This document shows, piece by piece, positions 17,398 through 27,856 of a stretch of 64,000 nucleotides of DNA. The translations under genes were made by a program, and so were the position numbers. This DNA comes from Candidatus Limnocylindria bacterium (GTDB taxonomy: Bacteria; Chloroflexota; Limnocylindria; QHBO01), in contig DASVEQ010000096.1 in the NCBI GenBank assembly GCA_036380455.1, positions 21,484-85,483 of the forward strand. Reading direction: 5' to 3'. Below the pieces are notes generated by a model, which saw only the letters and a list, made by a program, of their open reading frames with translations, searched no databases and was not told the DNA's origin. The first letter of the stretch is position 1. Every line of letters starts with the position of its first letter.

Positions 17398-17424
17398 CGC
17401 CCGGTGCCGCCTCGGCACCGGGCG
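17398..17424 (+). terminator. Strong GC hairpin after the YeaQ-like gene (putative intrinsic terminator)
   Basis: A 12-bp perfect stem (CGCCCGGTGCCG / CGGCACCGGGCG) with a 3-nt loop, followed by the T-containing TCGTCGTGTTCGG. Confidence 0.5.
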
Positions 17425-17443
17425 TCGTCGTGTTCGGGGCTCG

Positions 17444-17449
17444 TACAAT
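17444..17449 (+). promoter_or_regulatory. TACAAT -10-like hexamer, 8 nt upstream of the ATG at 17458 (possible leaderless mRNA)
   Basis: TACAAT stands out in GC-rich sequence directly after the terminator hairpin. No Shine-Dalgarno lies between it and the ATG. Confidence 0.3.
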
Positions 17450-17457
17450 CGGCCGAC

Positions 17458-18246
17458 ATGTCCGCTCAGCCACCCTCCGACACGCTCCTCCATGCGGTGG
17501 ACGGACCGGTCGTCACGCTCACGCTGAACCGGCCCGATGCGCTGAACGCGCTGAACTCAGAGCTGCGCGGGGCGCTGTTGGCGGCGTTGAAGGCGACCTC
17601 CCGAGACGACACCGTCCGCGCCCTGGTCCTCACCGGTGCCGGGCGCGGGTTCTGCGCCGGCGCCGACCTGCGCGGCGGCAGTCGGGAGCGGGCCTTTCGG
17701 CAGGTCCTGCGTGCCGAGTACAACCCGCTGATCGAGGCGATCCGCGGCGTTCCGAAACCGGTGATCGCGGCGGTGAACGGTGTGGCTGCGGGGGCGGGAT
17801 TCAGCCTCGCCCTGGCCGCGGATCTCGTCGTCGCGTCCGAGGACGCCCGATTCGTTCCCGCGTTCCACCGCATCGGCCTCGTCCCTGACTCCGGGCTCGC
17901 CCGCGTGCTCGTGCGCACGCTGGGGAGGCACCGCGCGTTCGAGATCCTGCTCGGGGAGCGGCACCTGGGCGCGCGCGACGCACAGGAGGCCGGGCTGGCC
18001 GCCGCGGTCGTTCCCGCCGATGCCCTCGCCGACACCTCCATGCAGCTGGCGCAACGGCTGGCCGCCGGACCGACCCGGGGCATCGCCCTCACGAAGCGCC
18101 TGCTGGTGCAGGCGGAAGACGCCACGCTCGCGGAGACCCTCGAGGCCGAGGCTGCGCTCCAGGACATCGCCGGCCGGACAGAGGACCACGCGGAGGGGGT
18201 TGCCGCCTTCGCCGAGAAGCGCGACCCGAGCTTCCGGGGCCGATGA
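17458..18246 (+). CDS. Enoyl-CoA hydratase/isomerase family protein
   Basis: The ATG at 17458 is within track ORF 17404..18246. …LVLTGAGRGFCAGADL…VNGVAAGAGFSLALAADL… The stop overlaps the next start (ATGA). Confidence 0.8.
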   Translation: MSAQPPSDTLLHAVDGPVVTLTLNRPDALNALNSELRGALLAALKATSRDDTVRALVLTGAGRGFCAGADLRGGSRERAFRQVLRAEYNPLIEAIRGVPKPVIAAVNGVAAGAGFSLALAADLVVASEDARFVPAFHRIGLVPDSGLARVLVRTLGRHRAFEILLGERHLGARDAQEAGLAAAVVPADALADTSMQLAQRLAAGPTRGIALTKRLLVQAEDATLAETLEAEAALQDIAGRTEDHAEGVAAFAEKRDPSFRGR

Positions 18247-19454
18247 AGGAGATCCGAAGGCTCGGCGTCGTCGGGGCCGGCACGATGGGGGCGGGGATTG
18301 CGCAGGTGGCCGGCGAGGCCGGCCTCGAGGTCCTGCTCTTCGACCCGGTCGATGGGGCCACGGCTCGAGCGCGCGACCGGGTGGCTGGCTTCCTGGCCCG
18401 CAAGGTGGCGAAGGGCCAGTCGTCCGGCGAGGATGCCGCCGCCGCGCTCGATCGGCTGCAGCCGATCGCCGAGCTGGCCGGCATTGCCGGCGCGGACGTG
18501 GTGGTCGAGGCCGTGCCGGAGGAGCTCGACCTGAAGCGGAGCCTGTTCCGCGACCTCGATCGCCTCGTCGCCGCTGAGGCGATCCTCGCCACGAACACGA
18601 GCTCACTTTCGATCGCGAGGATCGCCGCTGCGACCGAGCGGCCGGAGCGGGTCGTCGGCATGCACTTCTTCAACCCCGTGCCGCTCATGGGGCTGGTCGA
18701 GGTCATCCCCGGGCCGATGACCGCGCCCGGGCTCGTGGATGACGTCGCGCTCCTGGCGCGACGCCTGGGCAAGACGCCGGTCGTCGCCGCCGACACGCCC
18801 GGCTTCATCGTGAACCGCGTGCAGCGGGCGCTGTATCTCGAAGCGTTCCGGATCCACGAGGAGGGGCTTGCGGACCTGGCGGCCATCGACCAGGCGATGC
18901 GGCAGATCGGCTTCCGGCTCGGTCCCTTCGAGCTCGCCGACGTCGTGGGGACCGATGTAAACCTCGCCGCGGGGATCGCGATCTTCGAGGGCTTCTACGG
19001 GGACGCACGCTACCGGCCGGCCCAGGTCCAGCGCCGCGTGGTGGACGCGGGTCGTCTCGGCCGCAAGACCGGGGCGGGGTACTACGACTACGACGCCGAT
19101 GGGACGCGCGGCGCGCCGTGGCAGGCACTCGTCCGCCGGCCGCATGGCGCGCCACGGCTGCCGTCGCTCGAGCCGGCGCAGATCGAGGCGCGCATCCTGG
19201 CGGCAATCGTGAACGAGGCCGCGTCCGCCGTCGCCGACGGCGTCGCGGCGCCGGAGGCGATCGACATCGCCATGCGGCTCGCCTCGAACTGGCCCGACGG
19301 GCCGCTGGCGTGGGGCGAGCGCATCGGCCTCGCGCCGGTCGTCCATACCCTGGATGCCCTGCACCTGGCGGTGTCCGACGGTCGCTATCGCGTCGCGCCA
19401 CTGCTGCGAGCGCTGTCCCTCGCCGGCGGGTCCTTCTTCCGCTCGCCTGCCTGA
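18243..19454 (+). CDS. 3-hydroxyacyl-CoA dehydrogenase (NAD-binding) with extended C-terminal domain
   Basis: 403 aa. Rossmann motif LGVVGAGTMGAGIA, then …TNTSSLSI… and …GMHFFNPVPLMGLVEVI…. Confidence 0.85.
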   Translation: MKEIRRLGVVGAGTMGAGIAQVAGEAGLEVLLFDPVDGATARARDRVAGFLARKVAKGQSSGEDAAAALDRLQPIAELAGIAGADVVVEAVPEELDLKRSLFRDLDRLVAAEAILATNTSSLSIARIAAATERPERVVGMHFFNPVPLMGLVEVIPGPMTAPGLVDDVALLARRLGKTPVVAADTPGFIVNRVQRALYLEAFRIHEEGLADLAAIDQAMRQIGFRLGPFELADVVGTDVNLAAGIAIFEGFYGDARYRPAQVQRRVVDAGRLGRKTGAGYYDYDADGTRGAPWQALVRRPHGAPRLPSLEPAQIEARILAAIVNEAASAVADGVAAPEAIDIAMRLASNWPDGPLAWGERIGLAPVVHTLDALHLAVSDGRYRVAPLLRALSLAGGSFFRSPA

Positions 19455-20107
19455 TGGACCGTGCGCCGCTGAGCGGCCGATACCGCGCGGTCATCTTCGA
19501 CATGGACGGCCTCCTCCTCGACACCGAGACGCTGTGGCACGCGGCCGAGACGGACCTCTTCCGGCGTCATGGCGGCGAGTTCACCTGGGACGACAAGATG
19601 GCCGTCATCGGCACCAGCTACGACTTCACCTCGGCCTACTTCGCCGACCGCCTCGGCCTTCCACGCGATCGGGGGCCTGCGCTCGTCAGCGAGATGCTCG
19701 AGCTCATGCACGAGCGCGTCCGGCGACAGGTGGATGCCCGCCCCGGTGCCGTGGAGCTCGTCACGCGGCTGCGCGCCCTGAAGGGCGTGGCCCTGGGGCT
19801 CGCCTCGAACTCGCCCCGCTACCTGGTGGACGACGCGCTGGCCACCGCGGGCATGACCGATGCGTTCGACACCATCGTCACCTCCGACGACGTCACGCAC
19901 GCCAAGCCGGCGCCCGATATCTACCGGTTGGCCTGCGAGCGGCTGGGCGTCGAACCGTCACACGCACTCGCCCTCGAGGACTCGGCCTCGGGCATCACGG
20001 CCGCCAAGGCCGCCGGGCTCACCGTCATCGGCGTCCCGCAGTACGCCGAGACCGATGCGTCCGCCGCCGACCACATCGTCGATTCGCTGGAGCAGCTCCT
20101 CGGCTAG
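19454..20107 (+). CDS. HAD-superfamily hydrolase (beta-phosphoglucomutase-like subfamily IA)
   Basis: The ATG at 19454 overlaps the upstream TGA. Motifs VIFDMDGLLLDTE, …LASNS…, …KPAPDIY… and …LEDSASGITAAKAAG…. Confidence 0.8.
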   Translation: MDRAPLSGRYRAVIFDMDGLLLDTETLWHAAETDLFRRHGGEFTWDDKMAVIGTSYDFTSAYFADRLGLPRDRGPALVSEMLELMHERVRRQVDARPGAVELVTRLRALKGVALGLASNSPRYLVDDALATAGMTDAFDTIVTSDDVTHAKPAPDIYRLACERLGVEPSHALALEDSASGITAAKAAGLTVIGVPQYAETDASAADHIVDSLEQLLG

Positions 20108-20142
20108 GACCGGCATCGGCGTCAAGCGCGTATCCTTCGGGC

Positions 20143-20367
20143 ATGTGTCGAAGTATCAAGACCCTCCGTACCGGCGCCACGCCGGCGAGCGACGAGGAGA
20201 TCACCGCCGCCGCCCTCCAGTTCGTCCGCAAGGTGAGCGGCTACCGGAAGCCCTCGACCGCGAACGAGGCTGCCTTCGACGAGGCCGTCGCCGAAGTCGC
20301 CGAGGCGTCGAAGCGACTTCTCGCCGCCGTGTCCGCCACGCATCCGCAGGCCAGAGCCCGGGCCTGA
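20143..20367 (+). CDS. DUF2277-family small protein
   Basis: 74 aa starting MCRSIKTLR…EEITAAALQFVRKVSGYRKPSTANEAAF… This is an internal ATG of track ORF 19354..20367. Confidence 0.55.
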   Translation: MCRSIKTLRTGATPASDEEITAAALQFVRKVSGYRKPSTANEAAFDEAVAEVAEASKRLLAAVSATHPQARARA

Positions 20368-20371
20368 GCCG

Positions 20372-20971
20372 ATGACCTTCGACATGGCCGGGAGCATCGG
20401 CCTGGCGAAGTGGTGGTGGACGCTGGTCGTGCGCGGTGTCATCGCCATCGTGTTCGGCCTCCTGTCGTTCGTTGCGCCGGCGTTCGGCATCGGCCTGCTC
20501 GTCGCGCTGTTCGCCGCCTGGGCGCTGGTCGACGGGGTGGGCAGCCTGCTCACCGCAATGCGGACACGGGGCCAGGATCGGAGCTGGTGGATCGAGCTCC
20601 TCGAGGGCGTGGTGAGCGTGGCGGCCGGAGTTGTCGCCCTGCTCCTACCCGGGTTCGCCGCGGAGGTGCTCGTCCTGCTCATCGCGGCCTGGTCGATCAT
20701 CACCGGCGTGATCGAGATCGGCCTGGCCATCCGGCTGCGGCGGGTGCTGGAGGGCGAGGTGTGGTTGGCGCTGGCGGGCGTGGCGTCCGTCCTGTTCGGC
20801 GCCCTCATCCTCCTCTTCCCGGCGGCGGGCGCGCTCAGCATCGTGTGGCTGCTCGGCAGCTTCGCGATCGCGTTCGGAGCCTTCCTGATCCTGCTCGGAT
20901 GGCGGCTGCGGGGTGTGGATCGCATGGCCCGCATCGACGCCGAGCACGACTACGGAGCGGCGACCGGTTAG
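20372..20971 (+). CDS. HdeD/DUF308-family membrane protein
   Basis: 199 aa with six TM segments and repeated …GVIAIVFGLL…/…GVIEIGLAI… DUF308-type units. Confidence 0.7.
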   Translation: MTFDMAGSIGLAKWWWTLVVRGVIAIVFGLLSFVAPAFGIGLLVALFAAWALVDGVGSLLTAMRTRGQDRSWWIELLEGVVSVAAGVVALLLPGFAAEVLVLLIAAWSIITGVIEIGLAIRLRRVLEGEVWLALAGVASVLFGALILLFPAAGALSIVWLLGSFAIAFGAFLILLGWRLRGVDRMARIDAEHDYGAATG

Positions 20972-21447
20972 CCGGGTTCCAGGGCCGCGGCGGCCGCATC
21001 GGCGGCCTGCTGGTCCTCATCCGCGCTGCCGCCGCTGACGCCGACCGCGCCGACGAGGACGCCACCGCGCTCCAGCGGCATGCCGCCGGCGAACACGATC
21101 ATCCGTCCGCCCGCCAGCGAGTCGTAGCCGTAGAACTCCGCACCGGGCTGGACGAGCGGCGCGAGGTCCCGGGTCGGCATGCGATTCATGAGCGCCGAGA
21201 ACGCCTTGTCGCGCGCCAGCCTGACCGTCACCAGGTCGGCGCCGTCCATGCGCGCGAAGGCCACGAGCTGGTCTCCGGCGTCGACCACGGCGATCGACAT
21301 CGCCACCCGCAGCTGGCGCGCCATGTCCTCCGCGGCCGCGATCATGCGCCGAGCGGCGGCCAGCGTCAGGCCGGCGGCCTGGGAGGCGGTCGGCGTCCGC
21401 CAGGCGTCGACGTTGTCGAGCTCGCGAGGAGGCTCGTCGCGGCTCAT
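20968..21447 (-). CDS. GlcG/HbpS-like (DUF336) heme-binding protein
   Basis: 159 aa. …MSIAVVDAGDQLVAFARMDGA…ARDKAFSA…GGVLVGAVGVSGGSADEDQ… is typical of DUF336. It overlaps the upstream permease gene by 4 nt. Confidence 0.7.
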   Translation of the reverse strand: MSRDEPPRELDNVDAWRTPTASQAAGLTLAAARRMIAAAEDMARQLRVAMSIAVVDAGDQLVAFARMDGADLVTVRLARDKAFSALMNRMPTRDLAPLVQPGAEFYGYDSLAGGRMIVFAGGMPLERGGVLVGAVGVSGGSADEDQQAADAAAAALEPG

Positions 21448-22265
21448 GAGTCACGCTCCCTCAGGCGGAGCGCGATGAGGGTCAGGGCCACGGTCCCGAC
21501 CATCAGCAGCACCGCCATGGCGACCAGCACCGGCAGCCGCTGCGCGAAGCGCAGCTGCCCGTACAGGAACACCGGGAAGGTGGGATCGCCGCCGACGAGG
21601 AAGATCGCCAGCGCGATCTCGTCGAACGACACGATGAAGCAGGTCAGCCAGGCCGACAGGAGCGAGGGGCCCATGAGCGGCAGCACGACCCGCCGCAGCG
21701 TCGCGGGGTACGTGGCCCCGAGGTCCATGGCCGCGTCTTCGAGGCCCGGGTCGAGCCCACCGAGTCGCGACACGACGATGAGCGTCGCGTACGGGATCGA
21801 GATCACGCTGTGACCGATGGCGACCGTCACGAGCGACCGCGGTAGGTCGAACAGCACGAACAGCAGGAAGAAGGCCACCCCCATCACCACGAAGGGCACG
21901 AGCAGCGGCAGTCCGGCGAGACCGAGCAGGAGGCGTCGGCCCGGGAAGCGGAGCCGGAGCGTGGCGATCGCCACCATGGCGCCGAGCGACGTCGCGACGG
22001 TGGCCGAGGCGACGCCCACGACCAGGCTGTTGCGCGCCGCCTCGATGAGGGCGCCGTCCTCGAGTGCCGCGGCGTACCAGTCGGCGGTGATGCCCTCGAG
22101 CGGGAAGGCCAGCCGCGTCCCGGCGTTGAACGAGAAGAGGAAGAGGATCGCGATCGGCAGATAGAGGAGCACGAGCATCCCCACGAAGACGGAGCGGAGC
22201 GGCACCGGCGTGCGGCCGATGCCGACCGCCGATCGGCCCAGGCGCGCCGGTCGCGCGGCGGTCAC
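21444..22265 (-). CDS. ABC transporter permease (PotC-like)
   Basis: 273 aa, multi-TM, with an EAA-loop-like …LEDAAMDLGATYPATLRRVVLPL…. Confidence 0.8.
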   Translation of the reverse strand: MTAARPARLGRSAVGIGRTPVPLRSVFVGMLVLLYLPIAILFLFSFNAGTRLAFPLEGITADWYAAALEDGALIEAARNSLVVGVASATVATSLGAMVAIATLRLRFPGRRLLLGLAGLPLLVPFVVMGVAFFLLFVLFDLPRSLVTVAIGHSVISIPYATLIVVSRLGGLDPGLEDAAMDLGATYPATLRRVVLPLMGPSLLSAWLTCFIVSFDEIALAIFLVGGDPTFPVFLYGQLRFAQRLPVLVAMAVLLMVGTVALTLIALRLRERDS

Positions 22266-23125
22266 GCGGTCACCTGCCGGCGACGGAGGAGGGCGAGCGC
22301 GACGAGCACAAGCAGCGACGTGAGCGCCAGCATCACCATCGCCATCGCCGATCCCACGGCCCAGTTGGCGGAGCGGGTGAAGAAGCCCTGGATGATGTTG
22401 CCGTACATGATCCCGTCGGTGCCGCCGACGAGCGCCGGCGTCACGTACTCACCGACGGTCGGGATGAAGACCATGAAGAAGGCGGCCAGCGCGCCGGGCA
22501 GGCTCAGCGGCAACGTGACCCTCGTGAACCGCGACCAGGGGCCGGCGCCGAGGTCTGCCGCCGCCTCCAGCTGGCCGCGCTGGATGCGCTGCATGGCCGC
22601 GTAGATCGGGAGCGTGGCGAACGGGATCCAGACGTAGACGAGGGTGATGATCACCGCGGGCCGGCTGTAGAGCAGGAGCCCGATCGGCTCCTCGGTGAGG
22701 CCGACCCAGGCGAGGAGGGAGTTGATGCCGCCCTCCGGGCCGAGCATCAGCTTCCACGCCATCACCCGCAGCAGGTAGCTCACCGCGAACGGCACGAGCA
22801 GCAATGTGAGGTAGAGCGGCGCCCGGGTGCCGGCGCGGAACGTGAGGAAGTAGGCGATGGGGTAGGCGAGCAGGGTCGCGAGCCCGGCGACCGCCATGGC
22901 GACCAGCACCGAGGTCCCCAGCAGCCGGACGAACGCCGGCGTGCCGAGGACCTCGCCGAGCTGTTCGAGGGAGAAGACCCACGGCTCGTCCGGGGCGATG
23001 ACGCCGGTGCCGGCCCGCAGGCTGTAGGCCGCGATGAGCGCGAGCGGGACGAGGAAGAAGAGGGCCAGCCACGCGAGCGGAGGGACGACGAGGAGCCATG
23101 TCGCGCCGCGCCGGCCCGACATCAC
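22262..23125 (-). CDS. ABC transporter permease (PotB-like)
   Basis: 287 aa, multi-TM, with the EAA loop …LEAAADLGAGPWSRFTRVTLPLS… There is a 4-nt overlap with the next gene. Confidence 0.8.
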   Translation of the reverse strand: MMSGRRGATWLLVVPPLAWLALFFLVPLALIAAYSLRAGTGVIAPDEPWVFSLEQLGEVLGTPAFVRLLGTSVLVAMAVAGLATLLAYPIAYFLTFRAGTRAPLYLTLLLVPFAVSYLLRVMAWKLMLGPEGGINSLLAWVGLTEEPIGLLLYSRPAVIITLVYVWIPFATLPIYAAMQRIQRGQLEAAADLGAGPWSRFTRVTLPLSLPGALAAFFMVFIPTVGEYVTPALVGGTDGIMYGNIIQGFFTRSANWAVGSAMAMVMLALTSLLVLVALALLRRRQVTA

Positions 23126-23156
23126 TCCTCGCCCTCCGTTGTCCGGGTCTCGACGA

Positions 23157-24299
23157 TCAGTTCGCCTGGACGCGCTCCCACATGGCGGTCCACGCGTCGC
23201 GCTGCTCGGCGGTCACGTTCGGCGTGAAGTTCGTCGACTCGAGGATGCTCGGGTCGTTGATGCCGAACGCCTCGATGAGGACGGGGTCCTCGATCGCCGC
23301 CATCACGTCGCCGTTGGCGCAGCCGTAGTAGAAGAGCGTCACCGCGTTCCCGCAGCTCGCCTCGGCGAGCTTCATGTCGAGGAACTCGAGCGCCAGGTTG
23401 TAGCTCTCGGTCTCGGCGCTGATGCCGTACAGGCCGACCCAGGAGTTCCGCCCCTCCTCCGGGTTGGCGTACGCCACCGGGTCGCCGGCAGCCAGTGCGG
23501 TCGCGTAGCAGCCCTGCCAGGCGTAGGCGACCCACACGGTTCCGTCCTGGACCGCGGGGCACAGGTCGACGTACTCGCCGGTCCAGTAGAAGGCATTCAG
23601 CGGCTTCTGCGCGATCCACTCGGCCTCGATCTCCGCGAGCTGCTCGTCGGTGAGGTTCGTCTCGTCCCAGCCATGAATGTACGACGAGACCGCCACCGCG
23701 CCGGGCCCGTCGTTCCACATCGAGACGTGCCCGGCGTACTGCTCGTCGAAGAGGACGTCCCAGCTGGTGACCTCCTCCACCTGCTCGGTGTTGTAGAGGA
23801 TCGAGGTGAAGCCCCAGTCCCATGGCACGAAGTACTGCTTGCCGTCGATCTGGCCGAGCTGCTGGTACTCGACGGGAACCTTGTCCCAGTTCGTCAGCTT
23901 GCTGGTGTCGATCTCGCGGACGAGGCCGGCGTCGACGTAGAACTGCTGCCAGCCGGTGTAGAAGTGAACGATATCGGCCTGGCTGCCGCCTTCCATGAGA
24001 CCCAGGATGGTGGCGTCGGTGTCGCCGAACTCGAAGGTGACCTCCGTGTCGGGGTTCGCCTCCGCGAAGTCGACCCAGAAGTCCTCGGCCTCGTAGCCGG
24101 ACCACTCGAGAACGAGGAGCTCGTTCGGCTCCTCCGCGGCCTCGCTCGGCGCCGGCTCGCTGGCGGCTGCCTGGCTCTCCGGAGCGTCCGATGCGGCCGG
24201 TTCCTCCGAGCCGGTGCCGGACCCGGTGCAGGCCACCAGCAGGAGGGCCAGGATGGCCGACACCGTGGCGAATCGATAGCGGGCACGCGCGATGTCCAT
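23157..24299 (-). CDS. ABC transporter substrate-binding lipoprotein (PotD/PotF-like, polyamine-type)
   Basis: I prefer the internal ATG at 24297-24299 (MDIARARYRF…LLLVACTGSG lipobox), preceded by GGAGG with a 9-nt spacer. The track ORF extends to 24371. Confidence 0.75.
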   Translation of the reverse strand: MDIARARYRFATVSAILALLLVACTGSGTGSEEPAASDAPESQAAASEPAPSEAAEEPNELLVLEWSGYEAEDFWVDFAEANPDTEVTFEFGDTDATILGLMEGGSQADIVHFYTGWQQFYVDAGLVREIDTSKLTNWDKVPVEYQQLGQIDGKQYFVPWDWGFTSILYNTEQVEEVTSWDVLFDEQYAGHVSMWNDGPGAVAVSSYIHGWDETNLTDEQLAEIEAEWIAQKPLNAFYWTGEYVDLCPAVQDGTVWVAYAWQGCYATALAAGDPVAYANPEEGRNSWVGLYGISAETESYNLALEFLDMKLAEASCGNAVTLFYYGCANGDVMAAIEDPVLIEAFGINDPSILESTNFTPNVTAEQRDAWTAMWERVQAN

Positions 24300-24411
24300 G
24301 GTGCCGAACCTCCGTCCCCCGGTATGGTCACGTCTGAAGTTGGACTGAATCCCTGCGATCCTATCTGTCATTTGATCTCTCCGTCAACGGCCTGATGGCT
24401 GAAGTGAGCAT

Positions 24412-25887
24412 TCAGTTGGGATCCACGGGACGGGCGGGCCGCGCCGGCCCCAGCCGGTAGCCGAGCAGCCGGGGGAGGCGGACCAGGAGCCGAACGACGG
24501 GTCCCGGCCGCCGATCGCGGTCGCTGACCTCGTCGCGGCGAATGAGCGCCTCGCGCACGATCCGCGCGCCCACGTAGCGGATCGGCTCCGGGGGGAACCG
24601 CCGGACCGCCCGGTCGGCGATCGGCAGCTGGGCCACCGGGTCTCCCGTCGCGCCGATGCGCGCGGCGAGGATGCGTCCGACGAGGTGGGCCGGTCCGACG
24701 CCGTTTCCCGAGTAGCCATACGCGTGGTGGACGCGGCCGCGGTGCGTGGTGCCGATGATCGGCAGACGATCCGACGAAACGTCGATGGGGCCACCCCACG
24801 CCTCGGTGACCGCGGTCCCGGCGAGGTCCGGCAGGAGACGGCGCAGGCCGGCGATCGCGCGACCAACGGCGTGCGCGTCACGCTCGAACGAGCCTCCGAT
24901 CCGGCCGCCGTAACCCGCCGCGCCGACCCCCGCGCCGAACGCCACGCGACCGTCGGGCGTGGTGCGGAAGTAGTGCACGGTGAATCGGGAGTCGGTGATC
25001 GCCTCACCCCCGGTCCAGCCCATGCGCTCGAGGATTGCCGGGGCCGGCTCGGTCAGCACCATGTAGCTGCCCCACGCCACGAGCGACGAGCGATGGCGCG
25101 GCCAGCCGGCCGCCCAGGCGTTCACCGCCAGCACCGCGCGATCGGCGCGAAGCCGGAGGTCGCCAGCACGCACGACGACCGTTCCATCGACGGCAATGCC
25201 GGTTGCGCGCGTGCCCTCGTGGATCGTCACCCCGCGCTCGAGCAGCACGCGCCGCAGGCCCCGTGCCAGTCGTGCGGGCTGAATCGTGGCGGCGTTCGGC
25301 ATCAGCACACCGCCCCGGAACGCGGGCGAAGCGCACCGCGCTCGGACCTCGGCGGGGGTCAGCTCCACGAGCTCGTCGGCGACCCCCAACCGGCGGCAGC
25401 TGGCGACGGCGTCGTCCCCGTCGCCATCCTGTGCCACCGAGGCGCTCACCCGCAGGTAGCCCGCGCGACGGAACCAGGCATCGACGCCATGGCGCTCGCA
25501 GAACGCGCGGACACCATCGACCGCGGCATCTGCCTCCGACGCGACCGCCAGGGCGCGCTCCGGTCCGTAGAGCTCCTCGAGGAGCGGCAGCTGGTCCCAC
25601 CAGCCGTGGAGGAATCCGCCGTTCCGCCCGCTCGGGCCCCCGCCGCAGATGTCCTGCTCGACGATCGCGACCCGGATCCCCGGGTCCGCATCGGTGAGGA
25701 AGTACGCGGTCCACAGGCCGGTGTACCCGCCACCGACGACGACGACGTCGAACGTGGAGGAGTCTCCCGGTGCCGCCGGCGTGGCGTCCGCCTCCGCGGC
25801 GTCCGCCTCCGCGGCGAGCGCCTCGCGCAGCCAGTAGCTTCGCTGGCGGCCCGGCTGAGGTACGTCCCGGCGGCTCGGATCGGACAC
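24412..25887 (-). CDS. FAD-dependent oxidoreductase (DAO family, PuuB/OrdL-like)
   Basis: 491 aa. Dinucleotide-binding motif FDVVVVGGGYTGLWTA. It is the first gene of the transporter operon. Confidence 0.75.
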   Translation of the reverse strand: MSDPSRRDVPQPGRQRSYWLREALAAEADAAEADATPAAPGDSSTFDVVVVGGGYTGLWTAYFLTDADPGIRVAIVEQDICGGGPSGRNGGFLHGWWDQLPLLEELYGPERALAVASEADAAVDGVRAFCERHGVDAWFRRAGYLRVSASVAQDGDGDDAVASCRRLGVADELVELTPAEVRARCASPAFRGGVLMPNAATIQPARLARGLRRVLLERGVTIHEGTRATGIAVDGTVVVRAGDLRLRADRAVLAVNAWAAGWPRHRSSLVAWGSYMVLTEPAPAILERMGWTGGEAITDSRFTVHYFRTTPDGRVAFGAGVGAAGYGGRIGGSFERDAHAVGRAIAGLRRLLPDLAGTAVTEAWGGPIDVSSDRLPIIGTTHRGRVHHAYGYSGNGVGPAHLVGRILAARIGATGDPVAQLPIADRAVRRFPPEPIRYVGARIVREALIRRDEVSDRDRRPGPVVRLLVRLPRLLGYRLGPARPARPVDPN

Positions 25888-25993
25888 GGACGCCTCGACG
25901 ATACTGAAGTCTGACTACAGGTGTGCGAATGGTATGCGGCCCCGGCCGCGCGTGCAAGAGAGGCGAATTGCTTGAGCTGGGCTGCAGTGACTG

Positions 25994-26590
25994 ATGCGCC
26001 ACCACAGGCGAGCCCGTAGAATCGGCGCCGTGGAGGGCGACGATCAGTTCCTCATCGGCGGCGGCTTGCGGCGCGCGCGACGGCGGGCGGGGCTGACGCT
26101 GCGCGAGGTCGCGGAGTCGGCCGGCGTGACGGAGAGTTTCCTCTCGCAGGTCGAGCGCGATGTCGCCAGCCCGTCCATCGCCACCCTGCGGCGGGTGGCC
26201 GTCGCGCTCGGCCTGTCGATCGGGGAGATCCTCGATCAGGTCGGCCCACACGGCCAGCTGGTGCGTGCCGCCGACCGGCGGGTCGTCACCTACCCGGGCC
26301 TCGCGGCGCGCGACGAGTTCCTCACCGATGGCACCGGCGCGCGACTCCAGGTGATCCTCTCGATCATCGAGCCCGGCGGCGGCACGGGCGCCGAAGCGTA
26401 CGCCCATGAGTCGGACGAGGAGTGCCTCCTCGTCCTGGAGGGCTCGCTCGACCTCTGGGTCGGGGAGGAGACGTACCGGCTCGACGTCGGCGACGCGATC
26501 CGCTACTCCAGCCGCGTCCCGCATCGGAACCAGAACCCCGGACCCGGCCAGGCCCGCATCCTGTTCGTCCTGACGCCGCCGAGCTTCTAG
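25994..26590 (+). CDS. XRE-family HTH transcriptional regulator with C-terminal cupin domain (PuuR-like architecture)
   Basis: HTH segment LTLREVAESAGVTESFLSQVERD, then a cupin region …HESDEECLLVLEGSLDLWVGEE…GDAIRYSSRVPHR… It is divergent from the oxidoreductase/ABC operon. Confidence 0.75.
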   Translation: MRHHRRARRIGAVEGDDQFLIGGGLRRARRRAGLTLREVAESAGVTESFLSQVERDVASPSIATLRRVAVALGLSIGEILDQVGPHGQLVRAADRRVVTYPGLAARDEFLTDGTGARLQVILSIIEPGGGTGAEAYAHESDEECLLVLEGSLDLWVGEETYRLDVGDAIRYSSRVPHRNQNPGPGQARILFVLTPPSF

Positions 26591-26635
26591 GTCTTCCTCG
26601 CGGCGAACCGCAGGATCGGCGTACCATCGGCACCG

Positions 26636-27852
<1,217 letters not shown>

Positions 27853-27856
<4 letters not shown>

